Assembly (NCBI GenBank): GCA_965248435.1
Contig: OZ252100.1
Span: 2,336,001-2,400,000 of the forward strand
Direction of reading: 5' to 3'
Origin: Candidatus Latescibacterota bacterium
GTDB taxonomy: Bacteria > Latescibacterota > UBA2968 > GCA-2709665
DNA length: 64,000 bases
The notes beneath the pieces were generated by a model. The model was not told the DNA's origin, ran no database searches, and saw only the letters and a program-made list of their open reading frames with translations. Each line of letters starts with the position of its first letter. The stretch's first letter is position 1. This document shows, piece after piece, positions 63,651 through 64,000 of the stretch. The translations under genes and the position numbers were made by a program.

Positions 63651-64000
63651 CTATTCCTCGCGAAGGCGCCAAAGCACAACGACAGGCCGGTCTGTGCCTT
63701 TTTCGTCGACTTCGTCGTAATAGCCCGCTACCAAATACCTGCCGTCTGGGCTGAACGCAACGCTTAACACCTTGGCTGACGAACTAGACTCATCCGGTTT
63801 GACTTTGGCGATCTCGGAGGAGGTTCCGTTTGGTATCCTGAAAATTTTCACTTCCTTGCCACTTGCGACCGCAGCGTATTCTCCGTCGGCGCTCATAGCT
63901 AAACGGTTTCTCGATTCGGCCGACGCCTTCAGTTTCTGACTTTGCGAATAAACATCCGAGACTTTCTGCCAGACTAGGGTTTGATCCTTATCGTACGTCA
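63651..64000 (-). CDS. WD40-repeat protein, partial (5' end beyond the window)
   Basis: The frame stays open to the window edge. Repeats LAMSADGEYAAV and VLSVAFSPDGRYLVAG...VVLW. Confidence 0.8.
   Translation of the reverse strand, partial: TYDKDQTLVWQKVSDVYSQSQKLKASAESRNRLAMSADGEYAAVASGKEVKIFRIPNGTSSEIAKVKPDESSSSAKVLSVAFSPDGRYLVAGYYDEVDEKGTDRPVVVLWRLREE

Overview
High-GC bacterial chromosomal window. The gene content suggests an FCB-group or Latescibacterota-like lineage, but that is inference only. It is mostly housekeeping: a minus-strand ndk-yceD-rpmF-fabH-fabD-fabG-acpP-fabF-rnc-lipoate-ligase operon that lacks plsX, bioA/bioD, an argR-argC-argB-argD-argG-argH operon with ARG-box-like sites, a MoxR/DUF58/DUF4159/DUF4175/TPR cluster, priA, rodZ-like, maf, dtd, lptD-like, lysA, tRNA-Leu(TAG), a cluster of cyclic-nucleotide-binding signalling genes and a disrupted panE. 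The standout is a four-gene operon at 8353-14717, transcribed divergently from the fab operon. It encodes a fatty acyl-CoA reductase, a divergent HxxxxD acyltransferase with a large unknown N-terminal domain, a eukaryote-type alkyl-DHAP synthase (AGPS) with an N-terminal membrane anchor, and a DHRS7B-like SDR. Together these look like a bacterial counterpart of the four peroxisomal ether-lipid enzymes (FAR1, GNPAT, AGPS, acyl/alkyl-DHAP reductase) in pathway order. Other points of interest are a beta-CASP nuclease with duplicated C-terminal modules, a consensus sigma54 promoter upstream of two small ORFs missing from the ORF track, and several families of dispersed or nested intergenic repeats. 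No CRISPR array, integrase or transposase was seen. All protein assignments rest on motif recognition by eye, not on database searches.
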